The notes beneath the pieces were generated by a model that did no database searches, was not told the origin of the DNA, and saw only the letters and a program-made list of their open reading frames with translations. A program made the translations under genes and the position numbers. From an uncultured Gemmatimonadaceae bacterium (GTDB lineage Bacteria > Gemmatimonadota > Gemmatimonadetes > Gemmatimonadales > Gemmatimonadaceae), in NCBI GenBank assembly GCA_963781585.1, contig CAWAGQ010000007.1, positions 192,001 to 256,000 on the forward strand: a DNA stretch of 64,000 bases, in the 5' to 3' direction. Shown here piece by piece: positions 1 through 10,367 of the stretch (the stretch's first letter is position 1; each line of letters opens with the position of its first letter).

Positions 1-1444
1 ACTGCGACACGGCCAGGTCGCGATTCTTGATAGCGGCAAAATCGGCCGGCACTTCCATGGTGAGCACGTTCTTCGTGTCCAGGCCGGGGTCGACCGCGGC
101 CAGGCGCTTCATCGAGCGCACCAGAAGGCCCGCGCCCGTCAGCAACATCACGGACACGGCCACCTGGGTGACGACCAGCCCCTGCTGCAATCCGCGGCGG
201 CGCCGGGTGCCGGTAGACCGCGCCCCCGCCGAGCTCAGGCCCGCGCCGAGCTGATGATCGCGGCCGATGCGGGGCGCGAACGAGAGCAGCACGGCCACCA
301 GCAGCGCCACCAGCATGGTAAACGCGAGCACCACCAGGTCCAGGCGAATTTCACCGGCGCGGTTGCTCAGGCGGGCGGTGAACGCGGCGAGCATCCCGAC
401 GCCGCTGAACGCGATCACGAGTCCGAGCACCGCGCCCGCCAGGGCCAGCGTGAGGTGTTCGGCCAGGAGCAGGCGCCGCAGGCGCGCGGTCCCGGCGCCT
501 AACGCGGCGCGCACCAGCATCTCGTGCTCGCGGCGCACGCCGCGCATGAGGGTGAGGTTGGCCACGTTCGCGCAGGCGATCACGAGCACGAACGCCGCCA
601 CGCCCATGAGCAGCCAGAGGGTGAGCCTGGCATCCTTGCCGAGGATTTCCTTGAACGGCGTGAGCGTCACCGCGTAGCCCGAGCCGGCGTCGTAGACATC
701 GGGATACTGGGCGTGGACGCGCGCAGTGATCGCGGCGACATCGGCGCGCGCCTGTTGCACCGTCACGCCCGGCGCCAGCCGCGCGATCATTTCCGTCATG
801 CGGTGGGTGCGGCCCTGGATCATCAGCGCGCTCACGTGGTGCTCGCTGATGGCCATGTTCATGATGGCGTCGACCTTCTGCGGAAAGAATGGCGCCGGCT
901 GGAGCACGCCCACCACCGTGGCGTTCTTGCCGCCAACCCGAAGGCTGCGGCCCACGACGGAGGAGTCGCCGCCGAAATGACTCTCCCAGTAGTCGTGCGC
1001 CAGCATCATGACCGGCGCCGCGCCCGCTCCGTCGTCGTTCGCGCTGAAGCCGTGTCCGATGACCGGGCCCAGTCCCATCACGTTGAAGTAGTTGGCGGTC
1101 ACGAGGCCGACGCTGACCTGCGATGCGCCCTGATCCTCCACCAGGTTCAGCGTGAACGGCGAGTACTCGGCGATGTCGGCGAGGGTGCGGGACTGCTGGC
1201 GGAAGTCGTTGATCTCGGGGACCGAGAACGCGATGTTGTCGCTGCCTTTGGCCAGCGCCGAATGGCGGAGGTACATGAGCCGGTCGCCGTCGCGATGGGG
1301 CAGGGGCCGCAGAAGCGCGCCCCGGACCGCGCTGAAGATCGCGGTATTCGCGCCGATGCCGAGGCCCAGGGTGAGGACCACGGCGATGGTGAAGCCGGGG
1401 GACCGGAGGAGGCTGCGGAAGGCGTAGCGGAAGTCAAGCGGCAT
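1..1444 (-). CDS. ABC transporter permease, MacB/FtsX-duplicated (ADOP-like); 3' end runs off the window
   Basis: Read manually: ATG at 1444 gives MPLDFRYAFRSLLRSPGFTIAVVLTLGLGIGANTAIFS, later ANVANL..RE..VRAALGA, which are hallmark motifs and match paralogues at 3650 and 57734. Confidence 0.9.
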   Translation of the reverse strand, partial: MPLDFRYAFRSLLRSPGFTIAVVLTLGLGIGANTAIFSAVRGALLRPLPHRDGDRLMYLRHSALAKGSDNIAFSVPEINDFRQQSRTLADIAEYSPFTLNLVEDQGASQVSVGLVTANYFNVMGLGPVIGHGFSANDDGAGAAPVMMLAHDYWESHFGGDSSVVGRSLRVGGKNATVVGVLQPAPFFPQKVDAIMNMAISEHHVSALMIQGRTHRMTEMIARLAPGVTVQQARADVAAITARVHAQYPDVYDAGSGYAVTLTPFKEILGKDARLTLWLLMGVAAFVLVIACANVANLTLMRGVRREHEMLVRAALGAGTARLRRLLLAEHLTLALAGAVLGLVIAFSGVGMLAAFTARLSNRAGEIRLDLVVLAFTMLVALLVAVLLSFAPRIGRDHQLGAGLSSAGARSTGTRRRRGLQQGLVVTQVAVSVMLLTGAGLLVRSMKRLAAVDPGLDTKNVLTMEVPADFAAIKNRDLAVSQ

Positions 1445-1610
1445 GGGAGCGGGTGGTGGAAGGCTTCATTCTAACCATTCGGGGTGGGTTGGCCACTCCC
1501 TCGAGCAGGCTGTTCCCCGGATGCGCGCGAACCGCCTCGAGCGCTTTCTGCGCGGGCGGCAGCACCTCAGCGCCCGTAGCGCCAGCGCCAGTTTCGCAGC
1601 CCGGCCCCAT

Positions 1611-1961
1611 TCAGGCCGTCCACCAGAGATACCCGGCCACAAACACCAGAAACACCGCGAATGCGCGCTGCAGGTCGCGCGGCGGCATCCGCAGCGCCGC
1701 GTGGGCCCCGACGAACGCGCCGACCAGCAATCCCAGCGCGACGATCGTCGCCACCCGGATGTCCACCAGCCCGTTCCGATAGTACTGCCAGGCGCCTAAC
1801 GCGCCAACCGGGAGCAGCAGCGAGGCGAGCGACGTACCGGTCGCCTTCTCGGGCGCGAACCGCGCCACCACCACCAGCGCCGGAACGATCACGACGCCCC
1901 CACCGATGCCAAACAGGCCGGACAGCACGCCGGCAACGAGACCGATGAACAGGAATTCCAC
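1611..1961 (-). CDS. Half-size TauE/SafE (TSUP) family membrane protein
   Basis: GLFGIGGGVVIVP and ATGTSL motifs; GTG start with GGAG upstream. Confidence 0.85.
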   Translation of the reverse strand: MEFLFIGLVAGVLSGLFGIGGGVVIVPALVVVARFAPEKATGTSLASLLLPVGALGAWQYYRNGLVDIRVATIVALGLLVGAFVGAHAALRMPPRDLQRAFAVFLVFVAGYLWWTA

Positions 1962-2061
1962 GAAAAGATCTCCGATACAAGGTTGCTCGCGGCGCCCGCC
2001 CGAATATTGCCTCTGTGCCACCCCGCGCTGCCCGCGTCCCGGCATCCGGGACCGGCAGATC

Positions 2062-3459
2062 CTAGATCATGGCCCTCCGCGGCTGCTGCCAGCCGCCCCG
2101 AGTGAAATCGGGGAAGGCCACCGGACGGCTCCCGCCGGCCACCGACTGCTCCGACAGGGGACCGGGGACGCTCCACGACGCGGCGTCGTACACGTCGATA
2201 TCGGGCACCAACCCCTCGCGCAGGCACTGCACCAGCCGCCAGGCCTCGATGTAATCCATCCCACCGTGCCCGCCGCTCCGCGCCCGCTCGCCCAGCGTCC
2301 GCCAGAGCTGGTGCTCGTGCTCGGCCTTGTACGGATCGATCGGCTTCCACGATTCCGACACGTTGGGCCCTTCTATATAGATGCGCGGCGGATAGTCCTC
2401 GAAGATCCCCTTCGTCCCCTGCACGCTGTTGATCCGGCTGTACACCCGCGGGCTGGTGACGTCGTGCTCGAGCAGAATCACCCGCCCCTTCGACGTCCGG
2501 ATCAGCGACCGGTTCAGGTCGCCCTCGATGTACTTCTCCTGCCACTTGGGGCTGTCCTTCGGCTCGTGCTCCGCGCGCCAGGCGGTGAGGCCGAACTCCG
2601 GCGTGCTCATCGACACCATGTGGTCGAAGCGGTCTCCCCGGTTCACATCCATATACATGGAGACCGGGCCCAGGCCGTGGGTGGGGTAGAAGTTCCCGTT
2701 GCGCTTCGTGTGGGGCAGGCGCCGCCACAACCCTTCGTCGCGGTTCTCGAACAGGATCTCGCGCAGGTCGTGGTTGTACGCCGCGCCGCCGGCGAATACT
2801 TCGCCGAACACCCCGGCCCGGACCATGTTCAGCACCAGCATCTCGGTGTAGCCGTAGCAGCAGTTCTCCATGATGAGGCAGTGCCGCCGCGTGCGCTCCG
2901 AGGTGTCGACGAGCTTCCAGCAGTCCTCCAGCGTGTACGCCGCCGGTACCTCGGTGCCCGCGTGCTTGCCATTCTCCATCGCCGCCACCACCACCGGCAC
3001 GTGCCAATGCCACGGAGTGGCGGTGTAGACGAAGTCGATGTCGTCGCGCGCGCAGAGATGCTCGAAATCGTGCTCGCCGCTGGTGTAGACCGCCGGCTCG
3101 TAATCGTGACCCGCTTTCTTCATCATCTGCTTCGCCATCTCCACCTTCTCGGGGACGATGTCGCAAAGCGCGGTGATCTTCACGTTCTCCACCCCGAGCC
3201 ACTCGCCGAGCATGCTCTTGCCGCGCAGGCCGGTGCCGACGATGGCGATGCGGACGGTGTCGTGACGCTCGAACGGCACTCCGATCATCGAGGCGGCCGC
3301 GCTGGGGGGCGCCGCGTCGCCCGGACTCGGGGGCGGGGCCGTCGATTCGGCGGCCCGCGATTCGCTTGGCAGAAGTGAATTGAGCGCCAGCCCGGCGCCG
3401 GTCACAGCCGCCGACTTCAGGAGGTCGCGGCGCGAAAACGGGGAGGATTCGTCAGGCAT
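2062..3459 (-). CDS. Tat-exported Gfo/Idh/MocA NAD+-dependent glycosidase, GH109-like (alpha-N-acetylgalactosaminidase-like)
   Basis: SRRDLLK Tat motif, IVGTGLRG Rossmann fold, ATPWHWH, MENCCY, YPTHGLGP, GGHGGMD. Confidence 0.88.
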   Translation of the reverse strand: MPDESSPFSRRDLLKSAAVTGAGLALNSLLPSESRAAESTAPPPSPGDAAPPSAAASMIGVPFERHDTVRIAIVGTGLRGKSMLGEWLGVENVKITALCDIVPEKVEMAKQMMKKAGHDYEPAVYTSGEHDFEHLCARDDIDFVYTATPWHWHVPVVVAAMENGKHAGTEVPAAYTLEDCWKLVDTSERTRRHCLIMENCCYGYTEMLVLNMVRAGVFGEVFAGGAAYNHDLREILFENRDEGLWRRLPHTKRNGNFYPTHGLGPVSMYMDVNRGDRFDHMVSMSTPEFGLTAWRAEHEPKDSPKWQEKYIEGDLNRSLIRTSKGRVILLEHDVTSPRVYSRINSVQGTKGIFEDYPPRIYIEGPNVSESWKPIDPYKAEHEHQLWRTLGERARSGGHGGMDYIEAWRLVQCLREGLVPDIDVYDAASWSVPGPLSEQSVAGGSRPVAFPDFTRGGWQQPRRAMI

Positions 3460-3649
3460 CAGGACTCCAGTCGGGAGAGCATGCCAGCCGACCGGGCTCA
3501 AACCCCGCGGCGCGGCCGACACGGCAACTGGAGTGCAAACTGCTCCGCGTCCATCACAGAATCCAGACCGGCGCCGCCACAACGCGCGCTCACATGACGG
3601 GCGACGGCTGGCTCCGCCCGATGTCGACAGGGCAGCGCGCTCGCCGAGG

Positions 3650-6115
3650 CTACACCGCTCGCAGCACGTCCACCGGGTTCGCGCGGGTGGCCCGCCATGC
3701 CGGTGCCGCGCTCGCCATCAGCGCGACGGCGACCAGCGCCGCTTCCGACACGATCAGGGCTACCGGATCGATATGGTAGAGATCGTAGGTGAAGTGATCC
3801 ACCAGCTTGTTCGTCCACAACGTGGTGAACCCGCCGACGGCGGTCCCCGCGAGGACCAGCACGGCCCCGTCACGCAGCACCGTACGGAACACATCGGCCC
3901 GGCGCGCTCCAATGGCCATGCGGATGCCGTACTCGCGGCTGCGCTGGTTCACCGCGTACGAGAGTACGCTGTACAGGCCAAGCGCGCACAGGAGGAGCGC
4001 GGCCGCGCCGAAACCGCTGAACAGCCGGGACAGAAACTGCTGGCTCTCGACCATCTGCGCGTACCGCTCCGTCCAGTGCCCGACCGCTCCTGTCCGGCGA
4101 GGTGGCAGCACGTCCCGCAGCATCCGCTCGATCTCCAGCGCCAGAATGGTCTGCCGCACCGGATTGGCCCGGACGACGAACGCGCGATAGCGCGGAACGT
4201 CCTTCGAGACCACGAACAGCGACCCCTGGTCATCTTCCTGCGGAGACTCCGGGAAGTTGAACCGGACGGTCTTCACCACGCCGATCACGCGGAGCCACGG
4301 GCGCGTGGACTCGCGATCGCCGGTCTTGATCATCCGGCCGATGGGGTCGTCCTGCTGCCAGAGGTGACGGGCGAGCGCTTCATCGATGATGGCGACCCCG
4401 TCGCCTGACGCGTCACCGGGCTCGAAGTCGCGGCCGGACACCATCGGAATGCGCATCGCCTGGAACAGGTCGGGACTGGCCACGATGTACCACTGCGCGA
4501 ACTGCTCGCGCGTGCGCCCGGAGACCAGCTCGGCGGTGAGATTGTTGCCGTCGGTGGCGTTGCCCGAATACCACGACGTCGCGTCCACGCCCGGCATCGC
4601 GCGCAGCCGGGCTTCCACCGCGTCGTGCATCGCGCGCAGCGCAGACCCGCCGGCCGATCGAACGGCGGCGGACGTCGGGGAGATCCGCGACGCGCGTTCC
4701 GTGCCGTGCGACGCGCGCTCCAGCGAATCAGCCGCCCGATCTGCGCGATTGTCGCTCACGACGCCGACGGTGAGGAGCTGGCTGGGATCGAAGCCGAAGT
4801 TGAAATGCCCCACCCGCTCGGCCGCGCGCACCATCAGGCCGGCGCCGGTGAGGAGCGACAGCGCAAGCGCCACCTGCGCCACCACCAGCGCCGAGTAGCG
4901 GCCATGGGCGCGCCCGGTCGTCGTCCCGGCGTTGTCCTGCAGCCGATGCGAGATCCGGATGTCGGAGAGCCGGAATGCGGGGAACACGCCGAACACCGCG
5001 GCCGCCGCCAGCGCGGTGAGCGTGGTGAGCGCGATGACCCGCCAGCTCACCTGCGGAACGAGCGACCCGAGGAAGGGCACGCTGTCGGGCATGCGTGAGG
5101 CAACGACCTCCACGCTCCAGATCCCGACCACCAGCCCGACCGCCGCGCCCGCCAGCGCCACCACCACGCACTCGGCGAGGATCTCCCGGATCACGTCGCG
5201 ACGGCGGGCGCCGAGCGACAGGCGCACCGCCATGTCGCGCTGCCTGACGAGGCCGCGGGCGAGCACCAGGTTGGCCAGGTTGGTGCAGGCGATCAGCAGA
5301 ACGGCGAACGCCGCCGCCAGGAGGACCCAGTGGATCTCGCGCAGCTGGAGCGGATCGCCCTTGAGCGGGATCTCCTTGTACACGAACTCCCGCCGACCCA
5401 CGCCGTGAACCGTGGTGAGATACTTCGCCGTCGCGGCCAGCTCCCGGTCCAGTTCTTCCGGTGTGGCGCCCTCGCGAAGCCGGATCGTGGCCGTGATGTA
5501 CCGTGAGACCACTGGCGACTCCATGGCGTTACGGCCAAGCGGCACCCACACGTCGGAGGCGGCCTCGTTGCCGAGGACCGGAGGGGCGACGCCCACCACC
5601 TGATACGTGCGTCCATCGAAGGTCAGCGTGAGGCGATCGAGGCGCTCGTCGCTGTCGTACATGGCGCGCCAGAGGCGGTGACTGATGATCACCGCGTGGT
5701 CCACGTCGCCGTCGAGCGTGGATTCGGTGAACACGCGGCCAAGCGCCGGGCGCACGCCTGTGACCGCGAAGTAGTTCGCGCTCACGGCGGTGGCGAAGAC
5801 CCTGCGCGATCGGGTACCGCTCTGCGCACCGCCGAAGTACGCGAACGCCGAGAACGCCGTCTCGCCGGCCGCTGGAATGCGGCCCGTAAGGGCGTTGATC
5901 CGGTCGGCATTGGTCACGTCGCCGGCAGCGCCGTCGCCCGAACCCCAGACATGATACAGGCGATCGGCGTCCCTGAAGATGCTCCGCGGATGCCGGAACG
6001 CATCCACCACCGAGAAGACCGACGTCGCGAGGCCGAGCGCGAGGCCCAGCGACGCGATCGCCACGGCCGAAAAGCCCGGACTGCGGCGGAGAGAACGGAT
6101 GGACGCGATCAGCAC
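3650..6115 (-). CDS. ABC transporter permease, MacB/FtsX-duplicated
   Basis: LLIACTNLANL, REYGIRMAIGA, PAWRATRANPVDVLR. Confidence 0.9.
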   Translation of the reverse strand: MLIASIRSLRRSPGFSAVAIASLGLALGLATSVFSVVDAFRHPRSIFRDADRLYHVWGSGDGAAGDVTNADRINALTGRIPAAGETAFSAFAYFGGAQSGTRSRRVFATAVSANYFAVTGVRPALGRVFTESTLDGDVDHAVIISHRLWRAMYDSDERLDRLTLTFDGRTYQVVGVAPPVLGNEAASDVWVPLGRNAMESPVVSRYITATIRLREGATPEELDRELAATAKYLTTVHGVGRREFVYKEIPLKGDPLQLREIHWVLLAAAFAVLLIACTNLANLVLARGLVRQRDMAVRLSLGARRRDVIREILAECVVVALAGAAVGLVVGIWSVEVVASRMPDSVPFLGSLVPQVSWRVIALTTLTALAAAAVFGVFPAFRLSDIRISHRLQDNAGTTTGRAHGRYSALVVAQVALALSLLTGAGLMVRAAERVGHFNFGFDPSQLLTVGVVSDNRADRAADSLERASHGTERASRISPTSAAVRSAGGSALRAMHDAVEARLRAMPGVDATSWYSGNATDGNNLTAELVSGRTREQFAQWYIVASPDLFQAMRIPMVSGRDFEPGDASGDGVAIIDEALARHLWQQDDPIGRMIKTGDRESTRPWLRVIGVVKTVRFNFPESPQEDDQGSLFVVSKDVPRYRAFVVRANPVRQTILALEIERMLRDVLPPRRTGAVGHWTERYAQMVESQQFLSRLFSGFGAAALLLCALGLYSVLSYAVNQRSREYGIRMAIGARRADVFRTVLRDGAVLVLAGTAVGGFTTLWTNKLVDHFTYDLYHIDPVALIVSEAALVAVALMASAAPAWRATRANPVDVLRAV

Positions 6116-6211
6116 GACGAGCCGGACGGAGGGAAGAGCCGAAGTGTATCGGTTTCTCGATACAGTACGAGCCGCCGGTGAAATCGTAACGCGGATCCCG
6201 CGCGGACTACC

Positions 6212-7552
6212 CTACCATTGATAGGCGTGCGGCCCGGGCGGCGAGAGAAAGAACGTCGACGTCGCCGCGTACGCCGGGAATGCCTCGCGGTACCGGGATT
6301 CCCAGTTGGTCACGAACTCGCGCGACCCGGCCACGGGAATCAGCGCCCACACGCTCCCACCGAATCCGCCGCCGAACGCCGATGCCGCCACGGCGCCGCA
6401 CTCCCGCGCCAGCCGCTGCAGCGTGATGGTCTGGGGGACCTGATTCCTCAACAGCCGCTCTGCGACCTCCTGGGAGCGATCGACCACCAGCCCGAACTCG
6501 CTGGTGGCGCCGCGGTTCAACGCCTCGGTGGCGGCAGGAATGATCTCGTAGGTCTCGACGAGGAAGTGATCGAGCCGGTCGCGCAGGTCCTGCGCGGTGA
6601 ACTGGCCGTCCCCGCTCTGCTCGGCGAGAGCCCGCAGGCGACCGGGGGCGTCGTGCGAGCTGTTGATCGCTTCGGCGAGCGTGACATCCCACCGCTTGGT
6701 GGCGCGATTCCAGATCTGCACCAGCCGTTCCACCGCCCGCGACGCGCGGTTGTACGCCTCGAGCACCGAGCCGGTCTTGTCCGAGGGCACGCCGCTCACG
6801 CCTAACGCGAAGATGAACTGCGGCATCAGGCGGATGGCCGCTTCGCGGCGCACGGGCGTGAAGGCGAACCGGCTGATCTTCCCCGCTTCGCAGCACAGGA
6901 TCGCCGTATGATCCTCGCTCCCCCCGAGCGTTCCGACGCCCGCATCGGCCGCGAACTGGCGGAACATGTCCCCGCTTTCCACCGCGCCAAGGTACGCGGC
7001 CAGCTCCTCACGGGACGATACGGCCTTCCGGAACTCGGCTTTGCTGCGCAGGTCGTTGGCCCGCGAGAGGGCGATGAAGGTGCCGATGACGAGCGCGCTC
7101 GAGCTGCTCAAACCGGCGGCCGCGGGCAGGTCGCTGGCCAGGACGATGTCCACGCCGCGTTTGACGCCGGGGAAGTCGCGCACCAGCCGGCGCACCACGG
7201 TGGTGACGTAGGACTCCCACGAGCCCGGATCGGGCGTGCCGTTGGCGCCGAGCGACGTCTCGTAGCGGTCGCCAAGTCCCACATCCACCACCCGGACCAG
7301 GGCGTCCTTCCGAGGCGCGGCGCGGATGCAGAAGCCGCGCTCCACCGCGCAAAGCAGACTCCGGCCCCCGCCGTAGTCGGTATGCTTGCCCAGCACTTCG
7401 ATGCGGCCTGGTACCCAGATGGACCAGCGCCGGGTGGCGTTCGCGTCCATGGCGTCGAGGGCCTTGTCGCAGCGCGTGTACAGCGGACTCTTGGCGGCGG
7501 CGTTGCGCGGCGACATGCCGAGGGCACGGAGTTGATCAGTGGCGAGGGTCAT
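6212..7552 (-). CDS. GHMP sugar kinase, galactokinase-like
   Basis: PGRIEVLGKHTDY, LPAAAGLSSSSAL ATP loop, FGGGFGG. Confidence 0.85.
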   Translation of the reverse strand: MTLATDQLRALGMSPRNAAAKSPLYTRCDKALDAMDANATRRWSIWVPGRIEVLGKHTDYGGGRSLLCAVERGFCIRAAPRKDALVRVVDVGLGDRYETSLGANGTPDPGSWESYVTTVVRRLVRDFPGVKRGVDIVLASDLPAAAGLSSSSALVIGTFIALSRANDLRSKAEFRKAVSSREELAAYLGAVESGDMFRQFAADAGVGTLGGSEDHTAILCCEAGKISRFAFTPVRREAAIRLMPQFIFALGVSGVPSDKTGSVLEAYNRASRAVERLVQIWNRATKRWDVTLAEAINSSHDAPGRLRALAEQSGDGQFTAQDLRDRLDHFLVETYEIIPAATEALNRGATSEFGLVVDRSQEVAERLLRNQVPQTITLQRLARECGAVAASAFGGGFGGSVWALIPVAGSREFVTNWESRYREAFPAYAATSTFFLSPPGPHAYQW

Positions 7553-7561
7553 CGGGGGGGA

Positions 7562-7600
7562 GGCCCTAGGCCAGAGGTCACAGGCCGGAGGTCATAGGCC
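7562..7600 (+). repeat. Heptamer tandem array GG(C/T)CNNA
   Basis: GGCCCTA GGCCAGA GGTCACA GGCCGGA GGTCATA GGCC, intergenic. Confidence 0.75.
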
Positions 7601-7645
7601 GCCACGCCGCTCCCCGCGACAGCGCGACGATGACCCCACTCGCCG

Positions 7646-8467
7646 CTACAGCGTGACATTCACGCCGCGCAAACGGTCCGCGACCGCGGCCACGTCGCCT
7701 CGCCGCGACAAGTCCAGCACGCCGAGCGCCATCGGGAGCACCGTGAAACGCTGTCCCAACGTCCTGACGGCATGCCGCACGGCGTTGGGCAGCTCCAGTT
7801 CCCCGCGCGGAGAGGGAGCAATTGCCTCGCACGCCTCGAAGATCGATGGAGCGAAGTACCAGAGGTTCATGCTCACCAGGGCGTGTTCGCCCATTCTCGC
7901 GAAGTCGTGCTCGTCAGGCTTCTCGACGATATCCACGAGGCGTCCGTCACAATCCGTTTGCAGGAGCGCGTACTGTCGGATCCTGTCACGGTCGATGTTG
8001 CTCAACCGCAGCAGTGCCTCGCGGTCGAATCCCGGCAGTCCCGGCACGCCGAGCCCGAGGAGCGCGCGATACGACTCCACGGGATAGTAGTTGTCGGCGT
8101 TGAGGACCAGGCAATGATCGGCCGCCGCGAACTCGCGCGCCGCGAGCAGGGCATCGGCCGTTCCCTTCGCGTCGCGCTGCACGGCGAACGAGAGCCGCAG
8201 TCGCGACACGCGCACGTCGCGCGAATAGTAGTCGCGGATGCGATCGTGCTCCGGTCCGATCACCAGACAGACATCGTGCACCCCGGCGTCCGCCAGACCA
8301 CTCAGCAGGTAGTCGAGGAACGGACGACCGACCGGAATCATCGCCTTCATCCCGGCGTCGGCGAGCGATGCCTGCTCGGCACTCAACTCGGCGCCGGCGT
8401 CGTCGCGTCGCATGCGGGAGCCGAGGCCGCGGGCGAGGATGACGGCCTTGCGCGAGCGACCGGTCAT
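7646..8467 (-). CDS. Sugar-1-phosphate nucleotidyltransferase
   Basis: AVILARGLGSRM, KAMIPVG, IVEKP, SPRGELELP. Confidence 0.88.
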   Translation of the reverse strand: MTGRSRKAVILARGLGSRMRRDDAGAELSAEQASLADAGMKAMIPVGRPFLDYLLSGLADAGVHDVCLVIGPEHDRIRDYYSRDVRVSRLRLSFAVQRDAKGTADALLAAREFAAADHCLVLNADNYYPVESYRALLGLGVPGLPGFDREALLRLSNIDRDRIRQYALLQTDCDGRLVDIVEKPDEHDFARMGEHALVSMNLWYFAPSIFEACEAIAPSPRGELELPNAVRHAVRTLGQRFTVLPMALGVLDLSRRGDVAAVADRLRGVNVTL

Positions 8468-8473
8468 CTGATG

Positions 8474-10261
8474 TCAGCCGACCGCTGAACTGCTGCTCGC
8501 TGCCGTTCCCCACATCCTCGGCAGCAACCGGATCAGGACCCCCGCGCTGATCACGAACGCCACCGTCCAGACGATCCCCTGGGCACGCCTTCCATAGATG
8601 AAGCTTCCGGTGCCGAACAGCGCCGAGTAGACGAAGAGACAGCCGAACACCCAGCCCAGCAGCGCCTGGGGCAGGGAATCCCGCGACGGCGGGAGTCCCG
8701 ACTCGGCGCGGATGTCGCGCCATCCGGGGCCGGCCGGTCGTACCAGACGGTAGAACGAAACGAGCTTCTCGCGCTCGGCGGGCGCGGCAATCAGCGTGGC
8801 CGCGATCCACACCACCGTCGTGACGGCCACGGTGATCATCAGCGAGATGTGCGACGGTATGTTCGCTCCCGCCTTCTTGGCGATGAAGAAGCCTATCGCA
8901 ACGACGAACGAGCTGGCCATCGCCGCAATCTCGCTCCACGCGTTCACCCGCCACCAGAACCAGCGAAGCAGATACAGGAGGCCCGTACCGGCTCCGATCG
9001 AGAGCAGCAGCTCGAAGCTCTCCCGCGCCGAATCGAGCACGAAGGTGAGAAACGCTGCCACCACCATCAGCCCCGCGGTCACCAGCCGGCTCACCATCAC
9101 GTAGTGCCGCTCCTCCGCGCCGGGCTTCACGAACCGCCGGTACATGTCGTGAACGAGGTACGACGTCCCCCAGTTGAGGTGCGTGGAGAGCGTCGACACG
9201 TAGGCCGCCAGCATTCCCGCGACCATGAGGCCGAGGAACCCGGCGGGGAGGAATCGCAGCATCGCCGGGTACGCCATGTCGTGGCCGATCAGCTTCGGGT
9301 CCACGTAGGGAAACGTCCGCGCGATGTCGGAGAGCTGCGGATACACCAGGAGCGAGGCGAGCGCCACGATGATCCAGGGCCACGGCCGCAGGGCGTAGTG
9401 CGCGAAATTGAAGAACAGCGTGCCCTTGAGTGCGTCGTTCTCGCTGCGCGACGCCAGCATGCGTTGCGCGATGTAGCTCCCGCCCCCCGGCTCGGCGCCG
9501 GGATACCACACCGACCACCACTGGATCGTCACCGGGATGATCAGCACCGTGAGCGTAAGCCCCCAGTCGCTGAAATCGGGGAGCAGGGCGAGCGTGGTGG
9601 GGCTGGTCCGGTGGATGAGCTGGGCGAGCCCGCCCACCTCGGGCTGCTTGAGCGCGAAGTACGCCGCGCTCAACGCGCCGGTCATCGCGATCCCGAACTG
9701 GATGAAGTCGGTCACCATGACGCCCCACAGCCCCGACGTTGCCGCGAAGGCGATGTTGAGCACCGCGCAGACGATCAGCGTCTGCGACATCGGCCACCCC
9801 AGCACCACGTTGGCAATCTTCACCGCGGCGAGGTTGACCGACGCCATGATGAAGCAATTGAAGATCAGGCCCAGGTAGACGGCGCGGAATCCGCGCACGA
9901 AGGTGGCGGCCCTGCCCGAGTACCGGATCTCGTAGAACTCGAGATCGGTGAGCACCCCTGACCGCCGCCAGAGCCGGGCGTAGAAGAAAACCGTCATCAT
10001 GCCGGTGAGCAGGAACGCCCACCACGCCCAGTTGTTGGCCACGCCGTGCTCGCGAACCAGGTTGGTCACGAGGTTGGGCGTGTCGGTGGAGAACGTCGTC
10101 GCCACCATCGACACGCCCACCAGCCACCAGGGGGCCGCGCGTCCCGAGGTAAAGAACTCGGTGGTGCTCGATCCGGCGCGCCGCGCCAGGATGACGGCCG
10201 GCGTAAACGACACCGCGATCGAGAGCGTGACGATGAACCAGTCGAGCGGGACGAGGTGCAT
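8474..10261 (-). CDS. Sodium:solute symporter (SSS) family
   Basis: SMVATTFSTDTP, VMVTDFIQF, YIAQRML; many TM segments. Confidence 0.92.
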   Translation of the reverse strand: MHLVPLDWFIVTLSIAVSFTPAVILARRAGSSTTEFFTSGRAAPWWLVGVSMVATTFSTDTPNLVTNLVREHGVANNWAWWAFLLTGMMTVFFYARLWRRSGVLTDLEFYEIRYSGRAATFVRGFRAVYLGLIFNCFIMASVNLAAVKIANVVLGWPMSQTLIVCAVLNIAFAATSGLWGVMVTDFIQFGIAMTGALSAAYFALKQPEVGGLAQLIHRTSPTTLALLPDFSDWGLTLTVLIIPVTIQWWSVWYPGAEPGGGSYIAQRMLASRSENDALKGTLFFNFAHYALRPWPWIIVALASLLVYPQLSDIARTFPYVDPKLIGHDMAYPAMLRFLPAGFLGLMVAGMLAAYVSTLSTHLNWGTSYLVHDMYRRFVKPGAEERHYVMVSRLVTAGLMVVAAFLTFVLDSARESFELLLSIGAGTGLLYLLRWFWWRVNAWSEIAAMASSFVVAIGFFIAKKAGANIPSHISLMITVAVTTVVWIAATLIAAPAEREKLVSFYRLVRPAGPGWRDIRAESGLPPSRDSLPQALLGWVFGCLFVYSALFGTGSFIYGRRAQGIVWTVAFVISAGVLIRLLPRMWGTAASSSSAVG

Positions 10262-10367
10262 GGGGGCCAAAGATAGAAGCCGACGTCGATATCCGGAACG
10301 AAGACTTCCATGCGGCCGTCACCGGCCCAGATTCCGGTGTGTCCGTCCGCCCGCATTCCTGACTCTC